From assembly GCA_012026655.1 (NCBI GenBank), contig JAAILG010001014.1, positions 1 to 64,000 of the forward strand: a stretch of DNA of 64,000 nucleotides, in the 5' to 3' direction. The notes under the pieces were generated by a model that searched no databases, was not told the origin of the DNA, and saw only the letters and a list, made by a program, of their open reading frames with translations. Below, piece by piece: positions 63,351 to 64,000 of the stretch. A program made the translations under genes and the position numbers. This DNA comes from Hydrolagus affinis. Its lineage: Eukaryota. Position 1 is the stretch's first letter; the number at the start of each line of letters is the position of its first letter.

Positions 63351-63819
63351 CTGTAACCAGATTGGAAGCATGTATTGTGTACCATTCACTACATTGTAAT
63401 TTACCATGCACCATTCTCGCTTTCGGTACTAGAAACAAGGAAGGTTGTTTAAGCTAAAACTAAATGCAATTAAACAACTCCATGTCATTCATCATGATAA
63501 TAATCCTTGCATTTGATATAGTGCCTTATCAGTATGCCACAACTTTTACAACTATTACTGTGCAGGTGAACGTGGCATCTAAGTTACACACAGCGATGTC
63601 TCATGAAACAAATTGCCATTTTTTTATCTGGGGGATTGTTCGCCAGGGCACAGGGAGAATCTCCCTTCTCTCTTTGAACATAAGATCTTGAATAGGCAGA
63701 CAGGATCTTGAATTAACGATTCATTCAAAGGATTTGCATCAATCGTCAGTGAAAATACAGCTAAACATCTAAATTGTATTAGAAACATGGGAGTTGACAA
63801 TTCAGGACACATCTATTAC

Positions 63820-64000
63820 CTGAAGTTCATTCTTAGCTTCTTTATTCTTGATCCAGGTCTTGCCTTGAGCCTGTGGATCGATCAGCAAAGGGTAGCGAGC
63901 CGCCTTTGTGACAATGATTCCATTTTGTATTGAGAGGTCATCGTTAGGGAGACCTTGCAAGGTCCATTCTCCAACCGTGGGCCCATCAATAAGCATCTCA
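63820..64000 (-). CDS. DNAH5: DNAH5-like exon (AAA5 start), truncated by the window edge
   Basis: GTAATA donor. Encodes [60 protein letters not shown]. Confidence 0.94.

Overview
This is vertebrate genomic DNA, and most ORFs in the supplied track are spurious or are exons read through into introns. The repeat content (tRNA-headed Deu-like SINEs with L2-type tails, L2, CR1, a palindromic Penelope-type element) and the compact introns suggest a cartilaginous fish, possibly a chimaera; that is inference. Three spliced genes were reconstructed by hand from GT-AG boundaries and phase continuity. (1) CFDP1/BCNT, minus strand, coding exons 1-5 (40665 to 26121); its large intron 5 fills 1-26120 and the BCNT-C exons were not found, so they presumably lie left of the window. 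(2) A complete 3-exon TMEM170A, plus strand (41373-46407, 137 aa), head-to-head with CFDP1 across a 707-bp CpG-rich promoter. (3) The last 17 exons of a DNAH5-type axonemal dynein heavy chain, minus strand (>64000 to 52710), convergent with TMEM170A. There is a 100-N gap at 49867-49966. I found no clearly new multi-gene system. The best leads are a TSD-flanked palindromic Penelope-type insertion with a minimal hammerhead core on the CFDP1 sense strand, a DNAH5-like gene in an apparently non-mammalian synteny, the divergent CFDP1/TMEM170A promoter with a GTGAG(T/C) array behind CFDP1 exon 1, and a SINE containing an internal L2 reverse-transcriptase fragment.
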